Positions 12,980 through 26,350 of a stretch of 64,000 nt of DNA are shown in pieces. The notes beneath the pieces were generated by a model. The model had not been told where the DNA came from, did no database searches, and saw only the letters and a program-made list of their open reading frames with translations. The translations under genes were made by a program, and so were the position numbers. How positions within the stretch are numbered: the stretch's first letter is position 1; each line of letters begins with the position of its first letter. The DNA comes from the human T2T-CHM13v2.0 reference genome, Homo sapiens, in NCBI RefSeq assembly GCF_009914755.1, contig NC_060942.1; one strand, given 5' to 3'.

Positions 12980-13360
12980 TATGCAAAGAGAGCAGCCTCG
13001 TCCACTGGGTTGTCTCACAGGTGCCTTTAAATCATGTCCAAACCCAAATATCTCCTACAAAATTTTCTCCTCGAGCGTTTCATGTCTTAGTCAATAGCCC
13101 TCCCTTCCATCCAGGTCACTTCAGAAATAAGTGAGCCCTGGGGGGGTTGGAGGGACTTACTTCCTCACCACCACTGTCCCCAGCTAATCCAGGGACAAAC
13201 CCTATGGATTTTGTTCCCACCAGCTAAGCACACCTACCCCACCCTCCGTTGCCACCATCCCGGCTCAGGCCACTGTCATCTCTCACTGGATGATAGCCAC
13301 ACCATCTTAACTGGCATCAGTGCCTACAGTGTTGCCATGGTGAAATCCACTTTTGACAGC
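12980..13360 (+). mobile_element. L2 fragment
   Basis: TCCACTGGGTTGTCTCACAGGTGCC...CATGTCCAAA...GCCACTGTCATCTCTCACTGGATGATAGCC. Confidence 0.6.
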
Positions 13361-13882
13361 ACCCTTATTTCTTTTAAATATTAGCTACTGCTATTACATA
13401 TTTTTAAAATGATACTGGGGATTAATACGCCCTGGATGAGCTTATCCACTCCTGCCCTGCAAGCTTCACAAGGAACACCTGAGCTTTAGAAAAATAACTA
13501 AATGGATGCAGTATTGACAAAGGCCAATGTGGAAATATTAATATTTGAAGAGGTTTCTAAAAGGAATATTGCTACCATTATTATTCCCTTCAAAGACAGA
13601 GAGATTGTAAATTCAGTTGAACAATAATGCAGTGCTTACTCATTACGCAGTCACTGTTTTAACAGTTACAAAGAAAAATAAGACACATTTCCTAACTTCT
13701 GTAAGTCCAGAATTTGGAGGAAACACACTCATACTCACATATAATAGAAGACATGCTGTGATTAATGCCAAAATATAATAATGCCTCAAGTGTCGAGCAG
13801 GAGGTGTGATTTAAGTTAGATGTAGAAGAATAAACAGGAATCACCATCTTGTACAACACATCAGAAAACTAAACTTTGTTTC

Positions 13883-14174
<292 letters not shown>

Positions 14175-15547
14175 TAAACTGTTTTTGAAGCATTAGCAAA
14201 AGTATCTCCTCCTGGACTGTTCAGAAAGGGACCCCTTGGGTATCTGCACAGGCTTAAGAATCTAGAAATGAGTAGACCCAGGAAATCTATTCTTAATGCC
14301 TAGGAGACCATTCGGGTGAGCAGAGTAGCCCTGGGAAACCCAAATTTTCTCATGCAGACGGTGAGGTCTCCACCCAGCTATCAAGGTGGCTGGCACTGGA
14401 TCTGCTACTACCAGAGAGGTCACGTCACTCTGTAAGAAGAAGGCATGAGGGCAAACTCGCTCCAAAGAGCAGCAGGTGACCCAGACAACTGCACAAGCAG
14501 ACCAGTGCAGTGTCCCATCACTCCTGCCTCAACCCAAAGGAGCCGCTACAGCAGCACACCCCAGTCTCCCAGGGCCAGCCTCCCTCGGATTCCAGGGAAC
14601 AGCCTCTAGGTAGTGCAGGGCGATTTTCTCTGCATGGTAACCCCAGGCCACCTTTGTCCTGCAGCCAATTATCTTACAGATCCCTCTGCCAGATGGAAAC
14701 AGCTCTCCCGTACTTGCTGAGAAACAACCACCTTTGTGTGAAAGGAAGGAGGCTGGTTTGCACAAAGAAAGCAGCTGTTGGATCAAGAAACTCTTGTCAC
14801 CCACACACCTGTTCTTCCCCACTGATATCACACTCTCTATGCATTAATGGCCTGCCAGATCTTATTACAGATAAGGGCTATTTATTCTCAGAAAGATGTT
14901 TGAGATAGCCCAGAAAACAGACAAAAGGGAAAAATGCCTTCTTGGTCATGATGGACCTAGTCAGCTTCATAGGTTTCCTGCCGGATTATTTCCAGGCAGC
15001 CCTTTCTGTAAGACTGGCCACCACAGTTGGCTCCCCTCCAGCTCCGCAGTGAAACAGGGAGATGCTCTGCTCCCACCTCTTGCTATTTGTCTGATTCAAG
15101 ACACTACAGCATCGCACATCTGGGCAGACTGGAGCAACTGGCAGACAAATAAACTCCTGGCCCCAGGGAGAAGCTGGCACCCCAGCCCCTCACTGGCCAG
15201 CTCACCTCTCCCCACCCTGAGGGATGGCCCTAGGCCACTGCTGACTCAGGACTCAGTTGTGTACCCAAAGCATCTCTGTGACATCCCCACTGTTTTCTCT
15301 TGCAGGAAGCATTGTCACCTGATGCCTCAACACAAACTGCCCTGGATGGTGCCAGCTGGAGAAAGTGCACGCAAGCAGCAGTGGGCTTTGCCTGTGGCCA
15401 AGAGTCTCCTCCTCATTGTCCTGTAAGTTGAGACACCACTGTGCCTCTCATGGTTCAAATGGAAAGCACACACACACCCTCGCAAACATACACCAGTAGG
15501 TGGGAAACTCATCCCCCTCTAGCTGCCCTTGCATTGGATGACTTCCT

Positions 15548-16096
15548 GTTGAGCAAGACAGCCCTGATGTTCCCCTCAACTTGATTTCGCTTTAGACAGG
15601 TTTCTTCCCACCTTGAGGTCCTGACCTCCCTCTTCTTAAAGCCTTCCTTCAATTTGTCATTGTTAAAGACTCTTCATTGTCTTGCCCCTTGACAATGTAA
15701 ATCTTTTTCAAAGCCTCCTGCCAGTTTTACAACCCAGGATGGTCTTTCTGGATGATCCGGAAGGCATGGCTTTAAAACGTAATCAGCAGGAAATAGAACT
15801 CTATCTCATCACTTCTGTGGGAGAGTAGGAACTAACTTTAGTGGGCACCTTACTCCAAGTTGTAAAACTATTTCTTATCCGAAAGAAATGAGAAAATTTG
15901 ATTTTCCTTTAGGTAAGGCCAAGGAGCAAACACAGTTGGCCTAAGATGCCCCTTGCCAGCTCTGCACCTCTCCAGCCACTTGCTTCGGTGGAGCTGAGTT
16001 CAATTTCAACTCCAGCCTTTCTGCTCTCTTGCAGTAGACTTGACTAAAGTCTTCCTGGCATGCTTAACTATGACCAGTGCAATTTTGGCTTAGACG
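15548..16096 (+). mobile_element. ERV1 solo LTR, MER67 group
   Basis: TTCCCCTCAACTTGA...CTTTAGACAGG...CTGACCTCCC...GCCAGTTTTACAACCCAGGA match recalled MER67C/D. Confidence 0.7.
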
Positions 16097-17927
16097 CTAT
16101 GCAAGATTTTGGAACTTGAGATATGCTCTGTAACGTCTGTGAAGAACAAAAAGGAGCACTTATGTTGCAAAATGAATTGCGTTTGGTTTGCATGAAACAA
16201 GCAAAAAAGAGAAACTCTTTAAAGCAGCATTTGATATTTCTAATCAATGAAACCTATTGAAAAATGTGTACATACTTTTAAAATGGCTCCGAAGTTGTGA
16301 AATGAACACACAGGATCATGAACTGGTTCCTTGGTCTAGCTTGGATTCTAGAGGACATAGTTTGCCAGATCCTGTAAGGGGGCACCCTAGGACACTTTGG
16401 GGTCTTGGTCTAAATTGATATGATTTTGGGAGTACTCACTGTAGCTCTTCCAACATGCCTGTAAAGCAGTTATGAGAGTGCATAAAAAGATGAAAACTAA
16501 ATGCACATTCACAAAACAAATAAATGCAAAACAAAAGCCAGCCCTTAACCTGAGTTAATCTGCTATCTTAATCAGAGAAATTTCCATTAACTCCAATGAA
16601 AATGAAAATGGATGAAAGAAAGAGTAAAATGAGTGAGCAGTGCTGGCTTTCCCATATGGAATACAAACAGACACTGTGTCCACCCTCCAGATCTGCCTTT
16701 GGCTCAGAAGCAGTGTCCACACCAGCCCGAGGCAGGGCAGCTACACTTCCTGAGGGGCCCTACCCCTTAGGCATCTAAAGCTTTGCAGCCCACTCACTCC
16801 CTTGTGTGTCATTGCCCTTGTGTGTCTATCCACATTCAGAAGCCACTTTTCCCTGTGGGCCAGGGCTGGAGCGAGAGGCACTCTGTTCTGAAGGTGTGGT
16901 CATCAAGGTGAAACCCTGTGGGCAGGAACAGAGAGGAGAGGGGCTCTGTGGATGATTCAAGAGGCTTTTACTTGTGAAGAGAGATTTCTGAGGGGCAATT
17001 CATCTGCTGGCTGGTTCTCTGAGCCAGTGGGGCCCTCACCAGAGGACTCATGGAACAGGCCAGAGAGCACGGTGGGCCTGGGCGCTGTGTACCTCCTGTC
17101 CCTGAGAGGCCCCCCAAGCTGAGCCCAGAGAAAGAATGGGTCAAAGCATGCACAGATCTCCAAGGCATGAAGTCCCGTACATTGAGAGAAGAGGGAGGTG
17201 CAGATGAAGACACGCTCACACACATTTCCATACATGTGCTGTATGTTATTTGGGAAAGAACTGTAAGGAGTTGCTGATAATTGGGATGTGAAGAAGGAGG
17301 TAAGGGAGTCAATGTCCGTGATCCAGGAGGTGCCTCCTGGTTTCTTAGTTTCTCTCTTACCCCCTCCTGTCCCTCCCCTCTCCTACTCCCCCTTCCTCTC
17401 TCTCTTTATCTCCCTCTCTCTCGTTCCTTCTCTTCAAAGATAAAGGTGTTCTTATCCCCCTTCCCCCACAGATCTGCTCCTCTTTCCCATCCTGTTCCTC
17501 TTCCGGCTTTCACTATGCATTCATGCTTCTTTGGCTGATATTAACTCCATGTTAATTTCCACTCAAATTACCACTACAGAGTAATTCTCTTCTCTCCATC
17601 TCTTTCCAGCAACTTTCTCAGGAAGGTATTTTAATTAGTCACTGACCAGCCAATGGACTGAAGAATCTTAGAGCCAGTTCCAAGCCCTGGTCAAATGAAC
17701 CATGGCCTGGCTGGGTCTCAAGACTAAGTCATAGATACAGATGCTTTTACAGAAGCTGGGGATGATGCATTTCTCTAGAATCGATTAAATTGATCAAGAA
17801 CATGCCGACAAAGTTATGTGCTGAGGGCCAGAATTATTCATTATTCCACAATTTTCACAGGTCCAGTACCACGCAACAGGGTTAGAATGAGACCTTGCTT
17901 TGTCATACAGAGCCACACCCCTCAGAT

Positions 17928-18249
17928 CAGGAGTCCCCAACCTCTGGGCCACAGACTGGTACTGGTCAATGGCCTGTTAGGAACTGGGCCGCACAGCAGG
18001 AGGTGAAAGGCAGGCAAGTGAGCATTACTGCCTGAGTTTCACCTCCTGTCAGATCAGCTGGGACATTTGATTCTCAGAGGAGCACGAACTGTGTTGTGAA
18101 CTGAGCATGCAAGGGACCTATGCTGCGAGCTCCTTATGAGACTCTAACTAATGCCTGATGATCTAAGGTGGAACAGTTTCATCCCAAAACCATCCCCCCA
18201 CCACCCACCACAAAACCAGTCCCTGATGCTGAATGTTTGAGGGCTGATG
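17928..18249 (+). mobile_element. MER1B hAT-Charlie element
   Basis: CAGGAGTCCCCAACC start; GGCCTGTTAGGAACTGGGCCGCACAGCAGGAGGTG; CCTCCTGTCAGATCAG; 8-bp TSD CCTCAGAT/CCTTAGAT. Confidence 0.88.
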
Positions 18250-18439
18250 CCTTAGATGATGAGGCTGGAGAGAACCTCTGAGCCTCAGGCCTCTGCCCAG
18301 CTGACATTCATGAGACAAGACAAGAGGAGGAGATCCTCAAGGGGCACAGGATGAGAACACACCACCCACAAACTATTCTTGGAATACACTTGGAAATAGA
18401 CTATAACAAGAGTCAGGGTACAGAAAATTAGGATGAGAG

Positions 18440-18885
18440 TCAGGAAAATGTCTCTGAAAACATGACATGTATGCTGACACCTAAGCATAGGAATATGCTA
18501 CTGATGTCAGAAACGTAAGAGAAACACATGGATAGACAAGAGTTGGAAGAAGCTTGGCATCTCTGAGGAAATGAAATATGGCATCTACAGCAGAGGGGGA
18601 AGCAAGAGACACAGTGACTTGAGGGCCGCAGTAAGTGATTTAGGGAAACTGGGCTGCCACATGAAGGTGGGGACTTAGGGGGCTGGAGGTTAGAAAAGGA
18701 GGCACTTGAAGGATTGTTTTGCCATCCAGATGAAAATCCATGTGACCTAGACCAAGGGGATGGCAGTGCGAATGGACAGAGATGAGGAGCTCTAATAAAT
18801 ACAAAAAATAAATGGTTTGATTTAGAATTAAAAGCACTTGCTAATTGCTTGAATGTGGAGGGTAAGGTAATAAGAGGAATCAGAC
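18440..18885 (-). mobile_element. L2 fragment
   Basis: TAGACCAAGGGGATGGCAGTG...GCACTTGCTAATTGCTTGAATGTGGAGGG. Confidence 0.55.
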
Positions 18886-18886
18886 A

Positions 18887-19440
18887 CCATACTTTATTTT
18901 ATACTAAGACACAAACTTTTCCCAACTTTGACACCTCTGAAGTGGGGAATGCAGTGGAAATCACTGTCGGGAGGACTGGAGGCAGTCAGCAAGGGGCTGC
19001 TGTTGCCCGTGTATGCAAAGCACAGCCTGCAGAATGGTTTCACCCACCAGGAAGAGACATCCTGAGACAACGGTGGGGCATCCACTCATCTGCCCCATCA
19101 CTGTTCTTGATGGTGGTATTGTCTGTACAAATAATGATCTGGAGTCTAAGAAATCCAAAAGCATAGAACTCAATGTGAAAAATATTTAGGAAAACTTTAG
19201 ATTTATTTTACTTATGTTTTATTCATATGTATAAACACATGAAAAAAAGCTAATATATGATTTTAAAAAGCTGTCTCTTAAGAGATCCAAATAGACTTTA
19301 ATAAGTATAAAATGAAATTCTAACTGGTAAGATTTGTTTTAGTCACAGTTTGATAGGTAGCATTTTTCTTCCTTCTCACTAGTACATAAACAATGATATA
19401 TTTTAACAGTGATGGTAACTTACATTCAATGAAATAAGGT
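18887..19440 (-). mobile_element. Tigger13a-like DNA transposon
   Basis: The minus strand starts CCTTATTTCATTGAATGTAAG...TTATGTACTAGTGAGAAGGAAGAAAAATGCT...TTAGAATTTCATTTTATACTTATT; degenerate TIR at the other end. Confidence 0.65.
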
Positions 19441-19549
19441 AAGTCTTAAGTCACATGGGTATATGATCAAGTCATTTACCAAAGTGTAAGAGAGATAAAA
19501 AGACACACACTGAAACACACACACATAGAGAAAGAGAGAGAGAGATTGA

Positions 19550-20730
19550 TTTTAGAGCACTGAAAGAGATACAAAGTATCCCTATTCATTTTATGAAGCT
19601 ACCATTACTCTAACACAAAAACCTAAAATTGACACAAAGGAAAATGAGACTGTAGTTCTCTTTTTTATTTATGTGATATATGCAAAGACTCTAAATAAAA
19701 TACTTGCAAACCTAGGTCAATATAACATTAAAAAACATTACCCTGTGACTACGAAAAAATGTAAGGACAATAGAACATTAGGAAATACATAAATACAATG
19801 AATCATATTCAAAGATTAAGACACTTAGGAAAATATGATAAAATTAAAAATCTACTCCTGAAAAAACCTCTTGGGAAACCAGAAATTATAAGATGCTTCC
19901 TTAGACTAACTATAATGAATAAGCACTAGTATTTAAAATGCCTTTTGATGTTCCAGCCCGTGTAACAACACCTGAAACAACAGGAACTAGAATGATCAGA
20001 ACAAGGGGGACAAATGGCCGCTTTACTCACAGGCACCGATTCTGCATCTTAACAAGGAAGAGGGGAGGGGGACAAGGAAAGGAAAAAAAATAAGTATCTA
20101 TTGAGGCTGATAATGTGTAAAATATGCGAATTTAACCATTTTATATATACTTATGTCATTCAATCCTCCCAACAATGCTACAAAATATATTAAAAATAAA
20201 CTCAGAATATACAAAATTTCAGTTATGCCACTTAAGCCAGGAAAATAGGCCAAAATCCTTTCTTATATATTGTCAATAAACAATTCAAAATATAAGTGTT
20301 AAAATAATTAATTTACAATAACAACTTAAAAATAAAATACCTTTGAATGATCCTAACAAAAAATAAATTAGTCATTAGGAACATTTTTTAAATATAGAAC
20401 TCTACTGAGAGATTAAAATAATATTTGAATAAAAATAGAAACATACTGTGATACTTAATGAAAGTGCAACATATTGGAAGGATAAGAACTACTTCAAAAA
20501 TTAATGTATATATTAATTTTCATACTAATCAAAATAACAATATGATATTTACAGAATATGATGGAGGAATTATCAAGATGTGAAAAAAGCACACATATAA
20601 CAGCAAAAAATATTTTTAAATTAGAATGCGAGGACAATGTTTCTATCTCATCCTAAGTATTTTTAACATTATAATAATTAAACACAAAGTCACTGGTAGA
20701 TAAATACCATAAAATCAGTCGCTCAGAAAG
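19550..20730 (+). mobile_element. Old L1 (L1ME-type) ORF2 remnants
   Basis: ATTCATTTTATGAAGCTACCATTACTCTAA and TGCAAAGACTCTAAATAAAATACTTGCAAA (ORF2 NSFYEA and LNKILAN motifs), heavily degraded. Confidence 0.7.
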
Positions 20731-20930
20731 AGAATTGAGGTAAATGCATTGATTTTTTTAAAAAAAATTAACAAATAGCTGTGCATGACTATAAGCCAGA
20801 TGCCATACTTGTCATGAGTATACATCAGAACACACAACAGATATGGTTCCACCCCATGAGTCTCTCATTCAGTTGAGGAAGATAGATAATAAACGAGAAA
20901 AGAATGACAATTTTTCATTTTTAATTTAAG

Positions 20931-21910
20931 TGTAACACCAAAGAAAATGACTGAGACAAATCTCGATCAATTTAGAGATTTATTTTGCCAAGGTTGAAGA
21001 TGTGCCTGGGAAAAAGGGACATAAGCCTCAGTAGGATCTGCGACCGGTACTTTTGATATGGCTTTAACACATGGTGTTATCTGGAGGTGGCCATGACCCT
21101 TGGTACACCTGGTGACAAGGAGAAGATGGCGGGAATTGCCATATTGAGTGAACCCAGTTTCTAATGGCCTGCATTTGCATATCAAAGCTTGCGGGCTCCG
21201 CCCTTCAAGCTGCCTTTTCTGTTAGAAAAGAGATGGTTCAGGGGTTGTTCTTTATTACAGGGAAATTTCTACCAAGAACTTGTACCCTTACTATCTGTCT
21301 AAAAATTATTTCTTATATTGTATTACTTTTTTCAAAGAGGATTTTGAGGCTTCAATGTAAAGGAGAAAAAGTGGGCAGGAGAGGAAAGGAGGAAAGAAAA
21401 AACCAGGGAGGGTAGATAAAAGAGAGAAGCGGTCACATTCTTTTGAGGTTTTGATCAGCATTCACTAAATCCAAGCTTTACATGTGAAAGTGGGGGTAGA
21501 GACATTCATCTTGCACTCAGTGAAGCTGCATTTCTACATAAGATGAAGAAAACCTCAAGAAGAGGAGGCCGTCAAATAGGCATTTGTCTCAGGTGAGCCG
21601 AGGATGGCTTCTAGTCCTGTCTTAGACCCATGCCTGTGAAGATATGCTGTTAATTGATATTGTCAGGGTGAAATTCAGTGGAACTCTGTTTTAGGGTAGA
21701 AATTCCTTGGGGTCCAAGGAATTTCCTTGGGAGCAAGTTGGAAGCGAGGCCCCTGGGGATCTCTGTGGCCCTCTGTCTTCGCAGCTATGTATTTAGGATC
21801 AAAGTGGGAGGCGGTTTTGCATGACTCGGTTTCCAAGCTTAACATTTCCCTTGGCATAGTGAGTTTGGGGTCCTGAGTCTGTTTTTTGTTTTTGTTTTTT
21901 TTTTTTCATA
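20931..21910 (-). mobile_element. ERV1 solo LTR, MER4 group, with a nested LTR
   Basis: GATTTATTTTGCCAAGGTTGAAGA and TTCCAAGCTTAAC...GGCATAGTGAGTTTGGGGTCCTGAG; 4-bp TSD TAAG/CAAG. Confidence 0.78.
21054..21325 (-). mobile_element. Internally deleted ERV1 LTR (LTR9/MER61 group) nested in MER4
   Basis: Minus strand TAATACA...AAGAAATAATTTTTAGACAGATAGTAAGGGTA...CTTTTCTAACAG...CTTTGATATGCAAAT...CCATATCA; CTTT on both flanks; MER4 resumes afterwards. Confidence 0.68.
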
Positions 21911-22199
21911 CAAGCTATTAAGTAAAAAAACAGGGGACAGGAAGCAAATGTCATGGGTTGGAGAAAGAGCATGTTCTAGATTGGGTGGTCAAGGAGAGTC
22001 TCACTGAGAAAGTGACGTTTAAACAAAGGCTGAAAGGAAGGAAAAGGCAGTGATGTACAGACAGGAAGCAGGCGTGTTGCAGGTGGAGGAACAGCATCCC
22101 AGCGGCTTTTTGGTGGGTACCATGTGGTGCATTTGAGGAAGGAAACAAAAACCGGTGCTGAGAACACATGTGCAAGACGGTGGACATGTCAGGAGGTGG

Positions 22200-22681
22200 T
22201 TGCTGTCAAAGTTACCACAAACTTAGCGACTTAGTGCAACACACATTGATGATCTTACTGTTTTAAGTATAAATCAGCTCTTCCTGGGCTAAAATCAAAG
22301 TGTCTTTGGGGCTGCATTCCTTTCTGGAAGCTTTAGGGAAAAATGTGCTTCCTTGACTTTTTGAGCTCCTGGAGGCCAGCTGCATTCGTTGGCTCCTGGC
22401 CCTTCCTGCATCCTCAGAGCCCACAAAGGAGGGGGTAGGGAGTGTCTTTCTCTTGTCACTTCACTCCAACACTCCTACCCTCTCTTCCACATTTAACGAC
22501 CCCTGTGATCACATTGGGACCACTCCAGTAATCCAGGATGATTACATTGATGATCCCAATTAAAGTTGTCTGCAACTTTCATTCCTTTTTCCACGTAAAG
22601 TAACACATATTCACAGACTCTAGGGATGAGGATGTGGACATCCTGGTTGGGGTTGGGGGTTGCATTATTTTGCCTGCCACA
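22200..22681 (-). mobile_element. MaLR LTR, MLT1C/D
   Basis: TTACCACAAACTTAG, GGGCTAAAATCAA, GGCTGCATTCCTTTCTGGA, TGTGATCACATTGGG, ATGTGGACATC...TGCCTGCCACA. Confidence 0.82.
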
Positions 22682-23041
22682 ATACTGAATGTCATTCTAT
22701 CCATTCAAGGCAGATTTAACGTCTCTTCTTTTTTCACTTCTTTATCTAGGATATCAAGGTATTATCATTTTTTCTTTTAAATGTTGATGTTTACACATTT
22801 CCTAAATTGTAGAGAAAGGTGTTTTCTCAAATAAAGGCATCAATCGGTTTGCAAGGTAAGAAAAAGGGATGAATTCAGGATAAACTAAAAAATGTCAGGG
22901 GCATGCCCTATTTACAAAGTTTCTTTGGAATACTGTCTTTTGGTTATCATTAGCTGTCTGTTTGGAGATTTGACTCAGCTTCACTACATCAGGAATTCTT
23001 CTAAAGGCAAAATGAAAGTGGGAGGGCTAGGGCTATGTTCT

Positions 23042-23077
23042 TCTGTCTGTCTGTCTACCTGTCTGTCTGTCTGTCTG
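23042..23077. repeat. (TCTG)n microsatellite, one interruption
   Basis: Read directly. Confidence 0.9.
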
Positions 23078-24406
23078 TTTTAAGCTGGACAAAACACATA
23101 CACAAGCACTTGTATCTTCCCAACCTATTTCCTCTTTTTGAAGTAGCTTCAATCCCAGCCTGTTGATTACCAAGCAAAAAATAGTAGGTGTCTGGCAGGA
23201 AGAATTCTGTGCCCACCAGTGGTTTACACAACTGGCAACAGTTGGCAGTTGGAAAGCAGCCAAGAAAAAGTGACGTGAGTGCCACTAACCGACCCTGCTA
23301 GACAGTGGCACAGAGCAGCATTAGAGCCACCTCAAGACAACGCCCCTGTGTCCCAGCCCCAGCTAAAGCATGGCAGACAAGCAAGACAGCAATGGAACGA
23401 AACGTGCTTGAAGTGCTGGCCACAGGCCTGGTTTATGGAGCCACATGAGGACCCAGTGAAGCTCACCCAAGACAAATCGATGTCTGTCAATGCAGTGCCC
23501 ACAGACAGCACCAGGACAGCATGCCCAGGCAGAAGCTCTGGCGGCAGTGCTGGCTTCATTTTTCTCAAATTTCTGGACAAAGACACCCTCCAATTTTGAG
23601 CTCCAACTCCTGGACTCAATTCCTGGCCTAAAAAGGCAGGAATCATAAGGAATTTCATCCATTTTCAAATATCTTGTTCATAATGTCCTAGGTACTAATT
23701 TATTAGGAGAGTTTGCTTTTCCTTTCTTATGCTTTTTGGTTACCTAGTCTGTTTAGCTTTGTCTCTCTTTCTTGCGGAGCTAGCTAGAGAGAGGTCTTAA
23801 AAGCAGTAAGTGGTAATGACTGTAATAGATTGAGCTGCAACTATCTGCCTGGCTTTCATATGCATTGCATTTTACTCTCCCAATAATAATCTGCTTAAGC
23901 CAGACCAGGACAGTGGTGATGAATTAGAAGGAGTGCTGTGAAATCTCAGGCTTCATACCCCATCTCACCATGCTGCATTTGTATTTATTACGCCTGTAAA
24001 TGGCCGGAGTATTCTTGCATTTTAAACACAGCCTTACTCTTGAACTAAACCTCACCCCAAGCCATCTTTGCATTGAGATCGTCTCTACACATGCTATCCT
24101 CTCTACTGGAACAGAGTGCCAAAGAATTTTATTAAATGGACCAACTCTGGCAGAAACTACCAAACAGAAAATGGCAAAGGATACCCTTAGCTTAATAAAA
24201 TGTATTTTAAAGCACGGTTACTATTTACTTGATAGATGATTTAAATAAAACTTTTGTTTATTAAGTGGATATATTTTTTGAAAATTTAACTGGATATTTC
24301 AAATATTTCAACTGTAATAAATAAATACAGAAAAATCTGTGACTAAAGTTGTTCCAAGCAAAATCCATGTTTTCGATTTCATAACTATCTTAAAAATGCC
24401 ACATCA

Positions 24407-24733
<327 letters not shown>

Positions 24734-25559
24734 TTACCAGATTGATTTTACAAAAAAAAAAAAAAAGTTAAACCTAACTGTGGCTATTTTCTGTACACAG
24801 AATTGATGTTTATCTAAATATTTTTCTTGAAGCAGTCATGTGTTTAAACATGAATGAATTCATGAGTTTGAATTCCTCCACCACAAAGTCACAAAGTACT
24901 TACTGCCTAAACCATATCTGTGGGTATGAAAACCTTTTCTGTTGCTGTATTTGATCCTCTGAAAGGTAGTGAGTAGAGGTGAGTATAGCCTTTATATCAC
25001 AAATCAAAAATTTATTTTCAAGGAAGAAACATGACCAGATGTCTCAGGGAATTTAGGCAAAATTAATTAATAGACAGCAACAATTTTCAAATTCCTTTAT
25101 AGCTATGCCCACCAGTGTTATGGACATAGCTATCAAGGAATCAGTGGCTGACCACTGCTGAGATTTTGTCCTGGTCTAGACACTGAGGCAATTCCTTATC
25201 ATAAGTTAACTCATGAAATTCTCGCCACAACCCCAGGAGTGGGTTTTGTGGTCCTTGTTTTACCAATAGGGAAATCCCTGCTGGAAGACAGGAGGAAGAT
25301 GGGTGTAGGGAGGAGTCACCTATCCATTGCAATCCAGTGTCAGAAGTGCCATCCAGGGACCACACCACTTCAGTAATCCTCCAAAAACCCTGGTGGACAG
25401 AAGAGCTGCCAGAAGACTAGAGATGGCAGATGGGTCCAGATAGGGAGAAATAACACAGTTCAGAAACTACAGGTCAGGAAGATGGGTGCTGACACTCAAC
25501 AAAGTTTTTGGAGCGATTTTTAACAGAGTGTTACAAAGTTTAAAAGGTGTTTACTAGAA

Positions 25560-26350
25560 ACCACAGTGATTTATTTAGTAAAATCATTTTTAAATAGTTT
25601 ACTACATTGGAAAATATGGAGACTATCAAAGAAACTATGTAAATTGATTTCAGCAAGACATTTGGCCAAGTTCTTTATATTATTGGATCTTATGAGGAAA
25701 TGTGGTTTGGAAAAATATGTGAGTAGATTTATACCTGGCTGAATAAATAAAGGTATGGAAAATTATTCTAATCAACCTGTCGAGGAAGCTCCAGAGAGAA
25801 GTTGCTAGTAGGATAAAGATACAGGAATCTTATTAAGTGTCTTTTAATATAAATCCTTGTTAAACTTGCAGCTGACACAGGCTAGGATAGATGGCAAATG
25901 CCTCAAATGACACAACCAGGATTCAAAACAATCTTTATAGACATAAATGACGGATTGAAACCAGTAACGTGACATTTAATAAGGATATGTGAAATCTTCT
26001 TATATATGATGGGAAGGACTTGAACAAACATTAATTTCAGTTGGAAAAAAATCTATTTTGTTTTAGTTTACCGTAAGCTCAAAATGAATAAACAATATGT
26101 CACAATAATGTTAGTATCCTCCAAAAAACAATATCAAAAAAAGGTAGCAAAACTTTACTATGACAAATGCTATTTCCATTGCATCTGGATTATTCCATTC
26201 TAATTTGAAATACCTATTTTAAGAGCAATATCAATCAACAAGTAGATTTTCTCAGGAGATTGTGCTGATGAAAGTTCTGGAAACCCTCCCACAAGAAGGA
26301 TGGCGGAAATGGGGATGAAACATGTTAGTTGCCTTCAAATATTAGAAGAA
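25560..26350 (+). mobile_element. L3/CR1 LINE reverse-transcriptase remnant
   Basis: Degenerate CR1 RT motifs in order: DFSKTF (25646-25663), KLAADT (25862-25879), IQNNL (25921-25935); ends TAGTTGCCTTCAAATA. Confidence 0.75.

Larger units (their letters stand above)
20765..22190 (-). mobile_element. L2 split by the MER4 LTR (segments ~20765-20930 and ~21911-22190)
   Basis: L2 3' end on the left; GGGTGGTCAAGGAGAGTCTCACTGAGAAAGTGACGTTTAA on the right. Confidence 0.7.

Noticed and set aside
14510-15426. 132-aa and 176-aa ORFs in GC-richer unique sequence
   Set aside because: No recognisable domain or convincing exon boundaries; overlapping ORFs on both strands as expected by chance
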